Shown one piece after another: positions 12,950-25,542 of a DNA stretch of 64,000 nucleotides. Location: NCBI RefSeq assembly GCF_018350175.1, contig NC_058368.1:198650001-198714000 (forward strand), read 5' to 3'. The position numbers were made by a program, and so were the translations under genes. Under the pieces are notes generated by a model. The model was given only the letters and a program-made list of their open reading frames with translations. It made no database searches and was not told where the DNA came from. Positions within the stretch are counted from its first letter, which is position 1. Every line of letters starts with the position of its first letter. This DNA is from Felis catus. Its lineage: Eukaryota.

Positions 12950-13660
12950 CTGACCCAGACTGAATCCACTCTTTCCACCCCTAAAACTGCTTCCAAGCAC
13001 AGCATGGGCTGTGCTTCCTTCCTCGGTGACTGGCACAACAGGCCATCCAGCTGCCCCTCCAGGGACTAGGCTCAGTCCCCACCCCTGCCCTTCTTTCTCA
13101 TGGTCTCCACCCCAAGATCCTGACCTCCCTTCTCTGCTGCCCTTACCCGGGTCTAGCACCACCATTTCTTGTCTGGAAAACCCTAACAGCCATCCACCGC
13201 CTAGCTGGTCTTGCCTTTCCAGTCTTGCCCCCTCTCAACCCGTTTCTCCACTTTGCAACATGGCACAGTCTGCGAAATGCAGATGTGCCTATGCTAAAAA
13301 CTGCTCGGTAGTCTCTGTCGTTCCTTCTCTGCTGCCTCTTCGACCTCCAGCATTCTGTATCCTGGGCACAGTCCTCTACTCTCACCTCCTGGTCTGTTCT
13401 TTTTAACTTCTGGCACTTTGTGCATGCTGTCCTCTCATCCTGGAGTGACTAGCTGTCACGTCTTCTGGGAAGCCCTCCATGACCCTAAACACCTGGGTTG
13501 AATGCTTTTCCTAGGTGTTCCCTTTCTTTGCACTCGGGAGCCTTTCACCAGCCAAAGTGCTTGTATCACGCTGTCTTTGAATCGCGGGTTACTTTTTCTT
13601 GAGCTGTAAGTCAGTAAGGGTGTCCCTGTTTCTGTGTTCCCTGCCTCCCAGCATCTGATG
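12950..13660 (+). mobile_element. L2 LINE relic
   Basis: Pyrimidine-rich L2-like blocks (caccaccatttcttgtctgga, gtcttgccccctctcaacccgtttctcca, cttctgggaagccctccatgacc). Confidence 0.55.
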
Positions 13661-13685
13661 GCTCTTTGCCACATCAGTATCACCA

Positions 13686-13906
13686 TTGACCTTTACTGAG
13701 TGCTTACTAAGTGTGCCAAGGCCTTTATAGATTAACCCATTTAACTCCACAATCTTGTGAAGAAGGCACTCTTATCCTTTATAGAGTGGAAACTGAGTTA
13801 TAGCATGGTTAAATGTCTTTTCCATTTGGTGAAGATAGAATTTGGAGCTAGAATTTAAGTTGATTTATGCTGAAGTCTAAACCCTTAGTCCTCACACTTT
13901 ACTGCT
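13686..13906 (-). mobile_element. MIR SINE
   Basis: tttactgagtgcttactaagtgtgccaagg...catttaactccacaa..tgtgaag..ggaaactgag..ggttaaatg. Confidence 0.7.
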
Positions 13907-13981
13907 TTCCGGATAGTAGATACTCGATATCAATTGGTAGAATTTAATCTAGGAAAGTTTGTCAACACTTTTTTTTTTTTT

Positions 13982-14220
13982 ATTCAATGACATTTTTTAA
14001 AAGACCAGACTAGTTATTTTGCATGACGTCTTTTAGCTTAGATTTATGTTATTATTTCTTCATGGTCAGATTCATGTTAAGCATTTTTGGAAGGACTACT
14101 ATGTATGTGACCTTGTGTCCTCAGTTCATCTCCTCGAGGTACTTGATGCAAATTTCCCATTTTTGATGACTGATGCTAAATTCATAATTAACCTAAATCT
14201 GAGACTGATGTTTTCTAGCT
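13982..14220 (-). mobile_element. L1MC4/5-like 3' fragment
   Basis: tgacattttttaaaagaccagactagttattttg...catggtcagattcatgttaagcatttttgg is characteristic of the antisense L1MC 3'UTR. Confidence 0.65.
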
Positions 14221-14300
14221 TTACCCAAAATTCAGACTGTTTCCTACCTATTTAGAATCTATAGTATCCTTTATACACTTACTGCACAATCTATATCTTT

Positions 14301-14498
14301 ATTATGAAACTTTTTTTTTTTTTTAATGTTTGAGAGTGTGCAAGCAAGGGAGGGGCAGAGGAAGAGGGAGACAGAGAATCTGAAGCAGGCTCTGCCCTGT
14401 TGGCACAAAGCCCAATGTGGGGCTCGAACCCACAAACCGTGCGAGTATGACCTGAGCTGAAGTTGGATGCTCAACCGACTGAGCCACCTAGGCACCCC
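14301..14498 (-). mobile_element. Can-SINE with 18-bp TSD
   Basis: Perfect direct repeat tgcacaatctatatcttt at 14283-14300 and 14499-14516. Confidence 0.95.
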
Positions 14499-16442
14499 TG
14501 CACAATCTATATCTTTTGATGATAACTTTGTAGCATATTTTGAGGTCAGATAAGGGACTATCTAAGTTAAGCAGGGCTTGCTAAAGTTTTGGAAAGTTTT
14601 TAGGTGTAGAATATTTTGATCTAGATGGAATCTTAGTATTTTTCCTCATTTGGATTTTAATAATACCTTATTATGGTGTTAATACACAATGCATTGTATC
14701 CCTAGTGGTTCTTTTGGTTCAGCTGTTGTGCGGTTGAAAGTAAAGAGTTCAGCTTTCATGTTTGTTCCATTTTGTCACAGATGGTCCTTTTCAGCTGCCT
14801 TCACGTCTTGATGGTGTGAAATAGTGGCTGTAACTGCAAATACATCATCGATAGTAGAGAAGAAATTCTAATTATATATTCTCTATTAACTAAATTTACA
14901 TGTAAAATATATTTCTCATCTTGTGTAGATATCTTAATTTTTAAAAACAAAGCAAAAAGGCAATAAAAATGGACTAGTTACATGAGGATCATTCTTTACA
15001 AAGGGCCTTTGTGAAATTTCTTTTGGTAATTATCAACTGTAGCTGTGTGGTTGGGTGGAGAGGTTCTTTTCTTGATAAGAAACATTTGGTCATTGAACTT
15101 GGGAACTGAAAATGTTTTTAATTTTCCAAATTAAATGGCATAGTGGCCCCTAACAAAATATCTAGTTGATGGAAATTTCCACCCTAGGAAAGGTGCATTT
15201 TTATGTTGTCTCTTTTCACGGGTGGTTGACTTTGTTTTCTTGAGAAGTGTGAGTGGTTAGTCCTCGGGACTAGTACTTTTCTCTTGATAGAGGAGAGTAA
15301 CTCCATTTTTGTCAATGATTAAAAATTACTTAAGAATGCAGTCACTATTCAGGATATGGTTTACCCGCATTCATAGCCTAGAAACAAAATTGTGCTCTAG
15401 GCTTTAAGCAGTGCCAATAGATGATGAATGTTGGGTTTAGAAAGGAGAATATAATGGACTCTGGTGATCGGTCTTTGCTTGGTAGAACTCAAATGTATGT
15501 AAATACTGAATACAGAAAGTGAATCTGGAAGAAAGGCTTTTTTTATGCTTATAGCATTCGGGAGAATCCGTCTGCGTCCTCTGTTGTTCCTTTGGGTTTA
15601 GCTCGGGCTCTGGCATGCAGTTAGGTGCACGGTTGCTATTCGTTACCTGGTCGGTATGCAGTTGTTTGGGTTGGGGGGAAACATAGTGCCTTACCAGACT
15701 CCAGAAGGCGCTGGCAGCTAGCTGCACGTTGCGGGTGCCCAGTGAATATTTGTGGCATGAATGAGTAGAGCTCCCATCAGTGTCTTGAAATTGGTATATA
15801 CCTGCCCCTAGGATACAGAAGACTTTCTAAGAGTTCTGTGGGCCCTGATATGACTAAGGAAATCCGCATCCATCTGTGTGGATTCTCATTTCACCCGCGC
15901 TTTCACAACTCCCCAGCTTCCAGTTAGGAGAGAAAGTTGCTGCTCTTGCTTTTCAGTTGTCTTGTGGTGCACTGGCCTCAGGTAGAAAAACCTCCAGGGT
16001 ACAGAACAAAGGAAAAAGTCAGAATGTGGTGCTAGCGTTGAGAAAGTGAATGACTCTAATGTGGCCAGATAAATTATTTTCAGTTCTTTGCTTTCAACAA
16101 AATTGAAGGCAAATGTACTCAAGTTGTCAGCTCATCATGAAAAATAACTTTGATAAGTCATGACTTATTGTATAATTAGAAGGGAGCTGAAAGAACTGAG
16201 TGTGATACCATTCTAGCAAAAACTTCTATTCCCATCTATTTATAAGAACAAATTTCTCAGGGTTTATGTCTACATAAAAAAGCATGAAAAGATAGAAATA
16301 GAATTGATATGGAACCATATCTCATTCTAGGGATAAGTAATAATCACCTATGCTTCATAAAAAAAAATGTGGATGGGCTATACTTTTTATTTTAAGAGAT
16401 ATATTTCCAAAAAGTTCACTTTTTGTTAAAATGGACTTACCA

Positions 16443-16653
16443 GGGGCGCCTGGGTGGCGCAGTCGGTTAAGTGTCCGACTTCAGCCAGGTCACGATCTCG
16501 CGGTCTGGGAGTTCGAGCCCCGCGTTGGGCTCTGGGCTGATGGCTCAGAGCCTGGAGCCTGTTTCCGATTCTGTGTCTCCCTCTCTCTCTGCTCCTCCCC
16601 CGTTCATGCTCTGTCTCTCTCTGTCGCAAAAATAAATAAACGTTGAAAAAAAA
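16443..16653 (+). mobile_element. Young felid SINE (SINEC_Fc)
   Basis: ggggcgcctgggtggcgcagtcggttaag..cttcagccaggtcacgatctcgcgg...aataaataaacgttg; perfect TSD aaaatggacttacca. Confidence 0.97.
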
Positions 16654-16668
16654 AAAATGGACTTACCA

Positions 16669-16884
16669 GGGATGCCTGGGTGGCTCAGTCAGTTAAGTGT
16701 CTGACTTCGGCTCAGGTCATGATCTCACAGTTTGTGAGTTCAAGCCCCACATGGAACAGCACAGAGCCTCTGTCAGCACAGAAGCTGGAGCCTGCTTTGG
16801 ATACTGTCACTCCCTCTGTCTCTGCCCCTCCTCTGTTAACCCTCTCTCTCAAAAGTAAACATTAAAAAGAATTAAAAAATAAAT
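16669..16884 (+). mobile_element. Older Can-SINE
   Basis: Head gggatgcctgggtggctcagtcagttaag; followed by the TSD copy aaaatggacttagca (16885-16899). Confidence 0.93.
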
Positions 16885-18019
16885 AAAATGGACTTAGCAG
16901 CCTTTATTACATATTTGTTTTGGCCAATTGTAGACCAGCAATAATTTTATAACTCAATCCAGAAGACCCTTTTTTTTTTTTAAACATTCAAAACTTGCAG
17001 GCACAGGAAATTAACATGTGAAATGTATACACAATTCATTTGCAGGGAAGCATGGTTGAGTAGTAAGAGGTTTTCAAGCATAAAAATACAAAAAAAATTC
17101 TTTTGGGAATATGGAAAAGATGGATTTAAGAAAAGAATAAAAATTATGGAAGGCTGAAGAGGAGCTTGTTCTTTAAGTTTTTCAAATCTCTATGGTATTG
17201 AGAGCTTTTTATTCATGTAAGAGATCAACCGTTGTATTCATAAATGTGGGTATTTACAAGTTGGAGTTTGAACATGACTTGAAAGTTAGTGGCCATGAGA
17301 AACGAGTGGATAGTGTGCCTTTTCTGTGATTGGGAACACGCAGAAGGAATAGTTTGAGAAGCAAAGAACAGCATGGCATTAGGTGTTTTTGGAGGTGCCA
17401 TGTTGGAAATACATTGTTAGAGTCTAAAAGCAGTGTTAGAATTAGACATTTGTAAGGTAAGGGGGCTCTGTCTCTGGTTCATTGCACTACCCCTGTTGCT
17501 CAGAACACTGCCTGACCCAAAGTAAGCATTCAGTAATGTGTCAGATGGATGGATATAATTTTGGAAGTCTTCCAAATAGGATTGCTGTTTTACTCTTTGG
17601 CCCCATTGGTTCATTAGGTGCCTTCCTTCAGTTTCCTGTTTCCTTTCTCCATGGGGCTGTAGGGTTCTGGACAATGGGCTAGGAAGCATATGTACATGCA
17701 TTTTCCTTATTATACTCCATGACTAAAATGCCACCTTTTCCCTTTTAGTGCTTATCTCTTACAATTGTGATTCCTTTTTGCTATCTGTGCTGTGGGGGTA
17801 GAAAAATCTTCAAAAAATTTTTTTGCTTTATTATATGTTACTATTGTTTTTTGTTAACAGTGACAGTGATGGGTTAACTGGGACATTTGAACTGCCATTC
17901 TTTACCTTTATCTGGTACAGGTTCAAAATACAAACGATTATAGTTGGGTTATCACAAAACTGTTAAAACAATTAATTTTTTCTAATTGTATTTTTAAAAA
18001 TGCAAAATTCACTGCAGCC

Positions 18020-18055
<36 letters not shown>

Positions 18056-18267
18056 TGCTGTGCCATTGACCCTGTAATCTCTGCCTTAACATTTCCCCAA
18101 CAATAGTAAGCGGCAACTGGAAAACTTGCTATATTGTTATCCTGCCTTCCCATTCCATCCACATGATCTCAACCTGGATGAGAAGATAAGCCAGAAGTTT
18201 TACTGCCCGGTGGCCCCCTTAATGCCCAAATGTTACTTAATGTGCCAGTGGCTAGCAAAAGGAATTT

Positions 18268-18480
18268 TTTTTTTTTTCAACGTTTATTTATTTTTGGGAC
18301 AGAGAGAGACAGAGCATGAACGGGGGAGGGGCAGAGAGAGAGGGAGACACAGAATGGGAAACAGGCTCCAGGCTCTGAGCCATCAGCCCAGAGCCCGACG
18401 CGGGGCTCGAACTCACAGACTGCGAGATCGTGACCTGGCTGAAGTCGGACGCTTAACCGACTGCGCCACCCAGGCGCCCC
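18268..18480 (-). mobile_element. Young felid SINE (SINEC_Fc)
   Basis: Near-consensus copy; perfect TSD tagcaaaaggaattt at 18253-18267 and 18481-18495. Confidence 0.97.
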
Positions 18481-21092
18481 TAGCAAAAGGAATTTAAGTG
18501 CCTGTTCATTTCACTGAATTTCGTCATCCAGTTTTCTGTCTCAACTTTTAATTTGAAGAGAACACAAACTAAACTTGTGTGCATGGGGGTGGGAAGGTAA
18601 GCTAACGTAGGAATTAGAGAAAGCTTTTAACAGATTTAGAAGTGGGAAAAATGTTCATTTTAATGATAACGTGAAGATACAAGAAGAGGCTCTCAGCTCT
18701 GCTTGGCAGGAAAGAAAGATCAGGATACTTTACCATTATTTTGTTAGAGACTGGGAAAAAGTTGTCCGTTGGGTTTTGTTTCTTCCCATGACTGCAAACT
18801 CTAGATATATGATATGAAATAGGAATATTAATTAGTTAATGAAGGAAGGAAAATAGATAACTGGAGTTTGATTTTTTTTTTTTTTTTTTTTTTGGAAGAG
18901 GAGTTTTTCAACAGTTCTGATTGTCTAAAAATCCCATAAAGGTAGGCAGATTTGTGGATCGCCAAGGCAGGTTCTGATTGAGGCCCTGCCATATAGTGGA
19001 TTGATAGTGGGCAAGATAATATAATCTGGGCCTTGTTCTCTTCTGAAAATGAGTTTGAATGAAATTCTCGCTGGAATTGCCCGCGGTTCTGCTGTTCCCG
19101 TCTAAATCTTGGTTGGAAAGCGGCATTGAAACTAGAAGCTTACGTGTGGCTTGAATCTTGGGAAAAAAGGTTGTTGAAGAGAGGCGGGAATATCCATTTG
19201 AATTTGGGATTTTGTGTGGGAGATGGACGTTTTATGTACAGAAAGGTTTGTTGGGAAAATAGATTTCTTAAGTGACAGATGGAAATATCAGATCCTGAGG
19301 AGAAAGGGCCCTTAACATGCATAGACGTGTTCATCTCAAAGTACCTATTCTATTAACTTAATGATTTGGGGGAAAGGCCTTGTGTTGAAAATCTGTATTA
19401 TCCTAGATTAACATAAAGCATTAAATATGATTAAACTATCAATTTAAACGTAGATTATCCTCTGACACCGACGAATGTAAAACTCTAGTTTACTAGAGTC
19501 TTCCTGGAATTTTTACTTGTTCATTCCTAGAGGGTAAGAGCCAATGAGACCCGCCCCAGCTCCCTTCAGAAGAAGTGGTGGGTGTTGTGTGGGTGTGGGT
19601 GAGGTGTGTCTGTGAGAGAGCTTGATTCAGCTGTGTAACCTGTGTGACCAAGAAGTATGGACTAATCTACCTGCCTGTCCTGAAACTCCGCTTTCTGCTC
19701 TATAAAAGAGAATTAGACTAGATATCCTCCAAGGGTGTTTACAGTGCATGTGCTGTATGATTAAAAATATAATAAAACTCAGGCTTCTGAAGTTCTCTGG
19801 GTTTATTGCCTATTTCACTGCCAACATATTTATACTCCGTGTATGTCCAGTTCAGTTTGGAAAATGCCTGTCATGAAGGGGTCTATAGATGATTCTAGAA
19901 GGCCTTTCTGAGTTAGCTTGATAAGTTTGAGCATGGTGAGACATCTTATCAGAGATCTACCTTGTTAATTCATATGGTTCAACTGAATTGTGAACCATAA
20001 ACACCAAAGGTTAAAAATGAGGTCTATTAATGGGTGTGGTTGGCAAGGAAGAAAGTGTTCTCTCCCGTAGGATATGTGGCCCAGGCAGTCTCCCACAGGA
20101 TGGATGTGGCTGGCAGTGCTGTGATGTTAATGACCCAGTTAGACTGTGGCTCGCTCCTGTCAGGCCTGTAAGGAGTCATGTTGGAGTTACCTTGTGACCT
20201 GGGAAACGCTGTTCCCCACCTGCAGCCCCTCTCTCTTGCGATTGAGAGCAGGGATTGCTTCTTGTGGACTCTTCATCTCTAGGAGATAAGATCAGAAGCA
20301 GAGGAAACTTGTTTGGCTCATACTGCTAAGGCCTGTCCAGAGAAGCAGGGGACTTACTCATTAACCAGGCTGCATTCTAAGTTCTGAGCTTGAGTGGTTT
20401 GGGGGCATTGGTGGTGTCATTAATTGACTCAGGTTGGGACTACGGTGAAAAGTCATGATTGTGTGACTTTGGGCACATTTCCTTACCTCTCTTAACCTTG
20501 GTATCCTCTTCTATAAGAGGGTTTGGACGATGGCATTTGAAAGTTTCTTCTAGCTCTGATTCTGTCAAGAAGGATGACGCGGTCTTTGTCGGGATCTCAG
20601 TTGGCAACAACCTGAGTTTCATCCTGTTGAGATGATCTTGCCCATGTAAGATAGGAAAAAATATGCTGTGCCTTTTGTAAAGAATGTTCTCAAATAAGGG
20701 TTTGAAATCAGGAGGATTTTGATTAAGTAGTAAATCAGCTTAACCAGAGCCCTGTGTTTTCTTGGTGTTAGGTCCGCTTGGAGCATTGTGGTCTTTGAGT
20801 TGGGTTAATAGGAGTGGGACCTCTAGTGCTTGTACTTAATTAGTTCTTAGGGTATTAAAGGTGAGAGACCAGACTCAGAAGCAGCAGACAGCAGATAGTG
20901 GCTCTAGGCATTTCTGAGGAAAACCATTTGGAGTTGTGGAATTCATGTAATGAATCTGCAAGGTCAACAAACTAGGGAGTGGTGGCTTGGTATCTGGGTA
21001 GTTCTGACAATGAAGCACTAGATAAAGATGGTACCATGGGAATTGGGGTTGCCCTTCTTCCTTTCTCCTTGTACAGAGAAATGTGGTTTGTA

Positions 21093-21326
21093 TTTTTTTT
21101 TTTAAGTTATTTTGAGAGAGAGAGGGAGAGAGAGAGTGTGTGTGTGTATGTGTGTGTGTGTGTGTGAGCAGGGGAGGGGCAGAGAGAGGGAGACAGAGGA
21201 TCTGCAGTAGGCTCTGTGCTAACAGCAGAGAGCCTGAAGCCGGGCTACGACTCATGAGTGGTGAGATCATTACCTGAGCCAAAACCAAGCGTTGGATGCT
21301 TAACCAACTAAGCCACCCAGGTGCCC
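21093..21326 (-). mobile_element. Can-SINE with (GA)n(GT)n microsatellite
   Basis: TSD gaaatgtggtt(t/g)gtatttt at 21078-21096 and 21328-21346. Confidence 0.92.
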
Positions 21327-21950
21327 TGAAATGTGGTTGGTATTTTCACTCGAGACAGCTCTGGGCAGGAGTTAGAAGAATGTAGGAAAAAGTGTGCAGA
21401 AGGCGGGTTTCACATTCCAAAGTGGCAGTACTAAAGATCGCCACAGTATGGATCTCCCAGCAGGATGGCTGAGGGAACACGCTCACCCTTTCCTCCACTC
21501 TTGGTCTTGAACAGGCGTGTGGGCCTTACCTGAAAGCTAACAAATTTAGGTTCCTTTGGGGAAATGCTTTCAGACCGTAGAATGAATTCTAGCACTTTTA
21601 TGTTTTTGTGTGTCTGTATTAACCCAGTCGAGCTGTACCGGTAAAAGGGGTGGAAATTCTAAGGGTTTTCTGGGTAAATATCCTTTTCTTTGGTTAATGT
21701 TTGATATCTGCATTACAAGCAGGTTGCTGGCCAGGAGTAAGAAAGCATTTTGCTAACCCTTAAGTGTTACAATTATGTTGTGGTTAATGTTAAAAGAGCA
21801 TATTGTGTTGTATACTACTGATTGTCCAGTCTGTCTGAAAGCAGATTACTTCATCATCCTATTATGTTTGTCTTTTCTCTGGGTTACAGAAAGGTTATTG
21901 TAGTCCTTTACCTTCACAGCAGTGTAACAACCTGTGAGCTAATAGTTGAC

Positions 21951-22151
21951 TTTTTTAAAAGTTTATTTATCTTGAGAGAATGTGTTTTTGCACAGGGGAG
22001 GGGCAGAGGGAGAGAGAGAGAGAACCCCAAGCAGGCTCCACGCTGTCAGCACAGAGCCTGACGTGGGGCTCGACCCCACGAACTGTGAGATCATGACCTG
22101 AGCTGAAATCAAAAGTCAGACTCTTAACCGACTGAGCCATCCGGGCGCCCC
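21951..22151 (-). mobile_element. Can-SINE
   Basis: Body and head ...cttaaccgactgagccatccgggcgcccc. Confidence 0.92.
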
Positions 22152-24416
22152 TGATGCAGTTGATTTTTGACTGCCTTGTCTGTAGATGATGACGTCCTAG
22201 GGGCATAAAAGCCTGCTCAGATCCTGGGGTCTTTTCTTTTTCCTGGTCACCTCTAACCCGTTTCTTTTTCAATCCATTTTTGGAGAATTTCAATTAGTTT
22301 CAGTATTGGGAAGGAGATGTGTGGGGATAAGTAAGTTAACAGAAATAGTTGCTGCAGAATCCTTCTTAGTCCTGCAAAGAAATGATTTGGGGTTATCTGT
22401 TGTTTTTCATTTTACTCATGTCTGTGCCCCTGGCATGAATACTCACAAATTCATGATAGAACTGTTTGACCGCAACCAGCCCCTTGGGTGTGCGGGGGGT
22501 TGGGGGGTTGTGGTGAGGGCAGCGAGGGGGGTGGTGAGTGCCCCATGGGTCACGCCAGACGAGTGCCGGGTCGGCTCTGAGTGATCCCAGTGTGCTGTTA
22601 GGCGCTCTCTGTGATCATCACACACTCACAGACCACTGTGCCCCGAACTCCGAGCTGAGAGCAGAGCTTGCTGGGAGTGGAGGAGTGTGTTTCTGCTGGA
22701 CAATGAGAGTTGAAGTTGCTACCTGGACTGAATACAGTCTTGCTGCTCTCCTTTGGACTGGTCTCTGGTTGTTCATGTCTCAAAGGTGTATTTGCCTTAT
22801 GGAGTCCATGACAACTCTTGGCTTTCCTGTTCTGCTGGGGTGCCTCCCTCTCCCGAGACCTTTCCTTGGCTCCCGGGGCTCGAGGTGGTACTGTGGGCCT
22901 GCAGTCCTGATGTTTCTTAGCTCCGGCTTCACACGGACTCTTGGGGGAGAACCTGAGCTTTGCATCCCGGGCCCCTCTCCCTCCATTCCACTTCTGATCT
23001 GGGTGCCTTTCCCTTCGCTCCACATCATCTTAAGCTACCTTGGGGACTTGGGCTCAAGATCGAGTTCAGGTGCCTTGGGGAGTTTGTGTGTTCTGGAGCT
23101 GTTTTAGGGACAGTGTGGGAATTATATTTGATTTAGGATCAGCTTAGGATCCAGAACTTGCAAGAGAAGGCAGATAGATACTCCGAGAGTAGCCCTTCAA
23201 GGATTGGTAACTGTTTCTTTCTCAACACCACAATTTTCTCTTCAGTTGTCCCCTCCTTCAGATCCTTTTCTGTTTTTTTTTTTTTTAAGGGGGCTAGCTA
23301 GAAATAATACATGAATAAAATAAAAACCCGATGTCCTCTGTGAGTATCCATCTATGTAGGAGGATGGGTTGATTTCTGAAGGGCTTTAAGCACCAGCAGC
23401 CTGTGGTTCTGATGGTCTGGCTGCCTTAGCTGGTGTCTACAGACAGTTCCCCTACCTCCACTTAAGTGTGTTTTGCAAATACAAGGTGTTATTGTTATGG
23501 CAGCAAATAATGTAAGTCAATACTCCCGTGTTTATATACGGCTCTGAAAAGAAACCAACAAGAGAGAAGAAACCAACAATTGTGGTTAGAAAACAAGTAC
23601 CTATCTGGGTTTTACTGGGGGTGCTTTCTTTGTGTGGGCTTAGAAAGGAGGCAGGTTTTTCCCAACAGGAAACCAGTAGCCTCGTCTCTGACAGGCAACC
23701 AGATACGTGGGTTATATCTTACCAAAAATATTGTTTTAATTTTGGAAATGACACACGATGATAGAAATGAATCCAACAACTTAAGTGCTTATTTATGTTG
23801 AACTTGGTTCCATGTGGCCCTGACCCGTGGCCCCTTAGACCCAAAGGCCGCAAGCATGATTTATTATCCAAAAAGGAATTCCTGACAAAGGGATTTGGCC
23901 TAGTTGATCTTTCCAGTACAAGTCACAAGTTGGGTGTCCCTCTTGGGTGAAGTGTTGCCTCAGGATCAGTCTGCTGCCCTGGGTTTTGGGGTGGGATTGC
24001 CCTAGTGGGGGTGTGGGCAGGGTAGGTATTAATTCATTTCTAATATAAACATGTATGATTATTTCTTTAATATCAGTTCCCAGGTGTGAAATGGAGTCAA
24101 AAGTATGGACCTTTTTAAGTTTCTTTTTTTCTTCCCTAATATGTATTACTAGTGTCCTGTCAGAAGCGTACTTTGCACTTACACCAGCTAAGTGTGAGTG
24201 TGACCACTACCCTCTTGTACACCTCCTCTCAAATCTGGATATAAAGCAAAATGAAACCTTTACCACTTAAAATAGGGTCGTGTTAATTTTGTATAGCTTC
24301 AAAGTATCGATTTTTACTTTGCATTTTTTACCAGTCAGTTGAATTTTTTCCATGTTTATAGGGTGATTTGTGTGTTCTAAACTCTTTCTCCTCTGTCACA
24401 TTCTTTTTTTAATGTC

Positions 24417-24600
24417 TATTAAAAGATAAGCTGACAGGGCACCTGGGTGGCTCAGTTGATTAAGCGTCTGACTTCAGCTCAGGTCATGATCTCACAGTTT
24501 GAGTTCGAGCCCCAGGTCAGGTTCTGTGCTGTGACAGCTCAGAGCTTGGAGCCTGCTTCAGATTCTGTCTCCCTCTCTCTCAGCCCCTCCCTAGCTTATT

Positions 24601-24640
<40 letters not shown>

Positions 24641-24969
24641 AATAAACATTAAAAAAAATAAAACATGTCTTTAAAAAAAAAAAAGCTGAGGCAGATTAAA
24701 ATTTGAGAGTTTATCTGAGCAAAAATCAATTTGAATCAGGCAGCTCCAAAGATTTTTAAAGAGAAGAGGAAACAAAGCCAGAAATGGTCTGGCTGCAGCT
24801 TAAGTAGGTGCATTATTTGGGAAAGCCTGGTTGGCGGTTTATGATTGGTTGACCTTAGCGTTTTGATTTCTTAACCTTGAAGCATTTCAGGCTCAGGTTT
24901 TGGTTTGCTTTTATGTAGGCTGCTAAGGCATTACAGCCACCTTAGTCCAATGGCCTCGTTTAATTAACA
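24417..24969 (-). mobile_element. Carnivore ERV1-class solo LTR (MER34/CarLTR-like), interrupted by a SINE
   Basis: Termini tattaaaagataagctga... and ...tttaattaaca; internal ttatttgggaaagcc, gattggttg, ttaaccttga, tccaatggcctc resemble a recalled carnivore LTR. Confidence 0.6.
24437..24680 (+). mobile_element. Can-SINE with (CT)n
   Basis: Head gggcacctgggtggctcagttgattaagcg, (CT)n, A tail, partial TSD aagctga. Confidence 0.92.
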
Positions 24970-25542
24970 CTTTCCCTTCCAGCCATTATAACAAAGAGTA
25001 AGTGCAAGAATAAGATACGATTTGGATTAGTTTGGGGAATTACCTAATTATATATGTGTCCATATTCCTAACTGGCCTTTCCGGGGAACGTAAATTCCTA
25101 GAATTGAAGAATTCAAGTCAGGAAAACCAGGTTACAAGGTCATGGCCTTTACTTGCTCAAGGTCACAGTTCGCTTTTTCTCTCCAGACCTTGACTCTAAA
25201 CAGACGAGATAGAAATACACGCAGATCACAACAGGGCTGGGGTGAGGATTTTGAAAAGCCAGCAAAGAGCTAGGAAGACCGGAAAGCCACTGAGAGTTGC
25301 TGGTGTCCAAAATAGGAGAAAGAACACAATGTGCTCAAATGCAAAAGGCAACCTGTGCTAACGTGATTTGCAAATAACTTCCTATTACATTTTGTATCAA
25401 CAGCCTTGTTAAGCTGGGTCAGTCCCCCACCAGCCCTGTTGCTCTTTTCCAGATAAGGAAAGCAAGGCCAAGAAAGCCAGTAACTGAAGGGCACACAGGT
25501 TCACGTGTCTCTGTCTTCAGGACAAACCATTTTGTACTGTAC

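Larger units (their letters stand above)
15778..17362 (+). mobile_element. hAT-Charlie DNA transposon relic (Charlie4-like), interrupted by two SINEs
   Basis: Charlie-like start cagtgtcttgaaattgg..cccctagga; 16288-16341 translates KDRNRIDMEPYLILGISN, resembling the hAT transposase C-terminal dimerisation region; ends agtttgagaagc. Confidence 0.6.

Noticed and set aside
16350..18497. Recurrent peptides such as GAPGWRSRLSVRLQPGHDL in several ORFs
   Set aside because: Conceptual translations of SINEC_Fc copies, not a gene family.
22538..23107. Longest ORF (189 aa) and overlapping antisense ORFs
   Set aside because: GTG start, no recognisable domain, and composition consistent with a chance ORF in GC-richer sequence.
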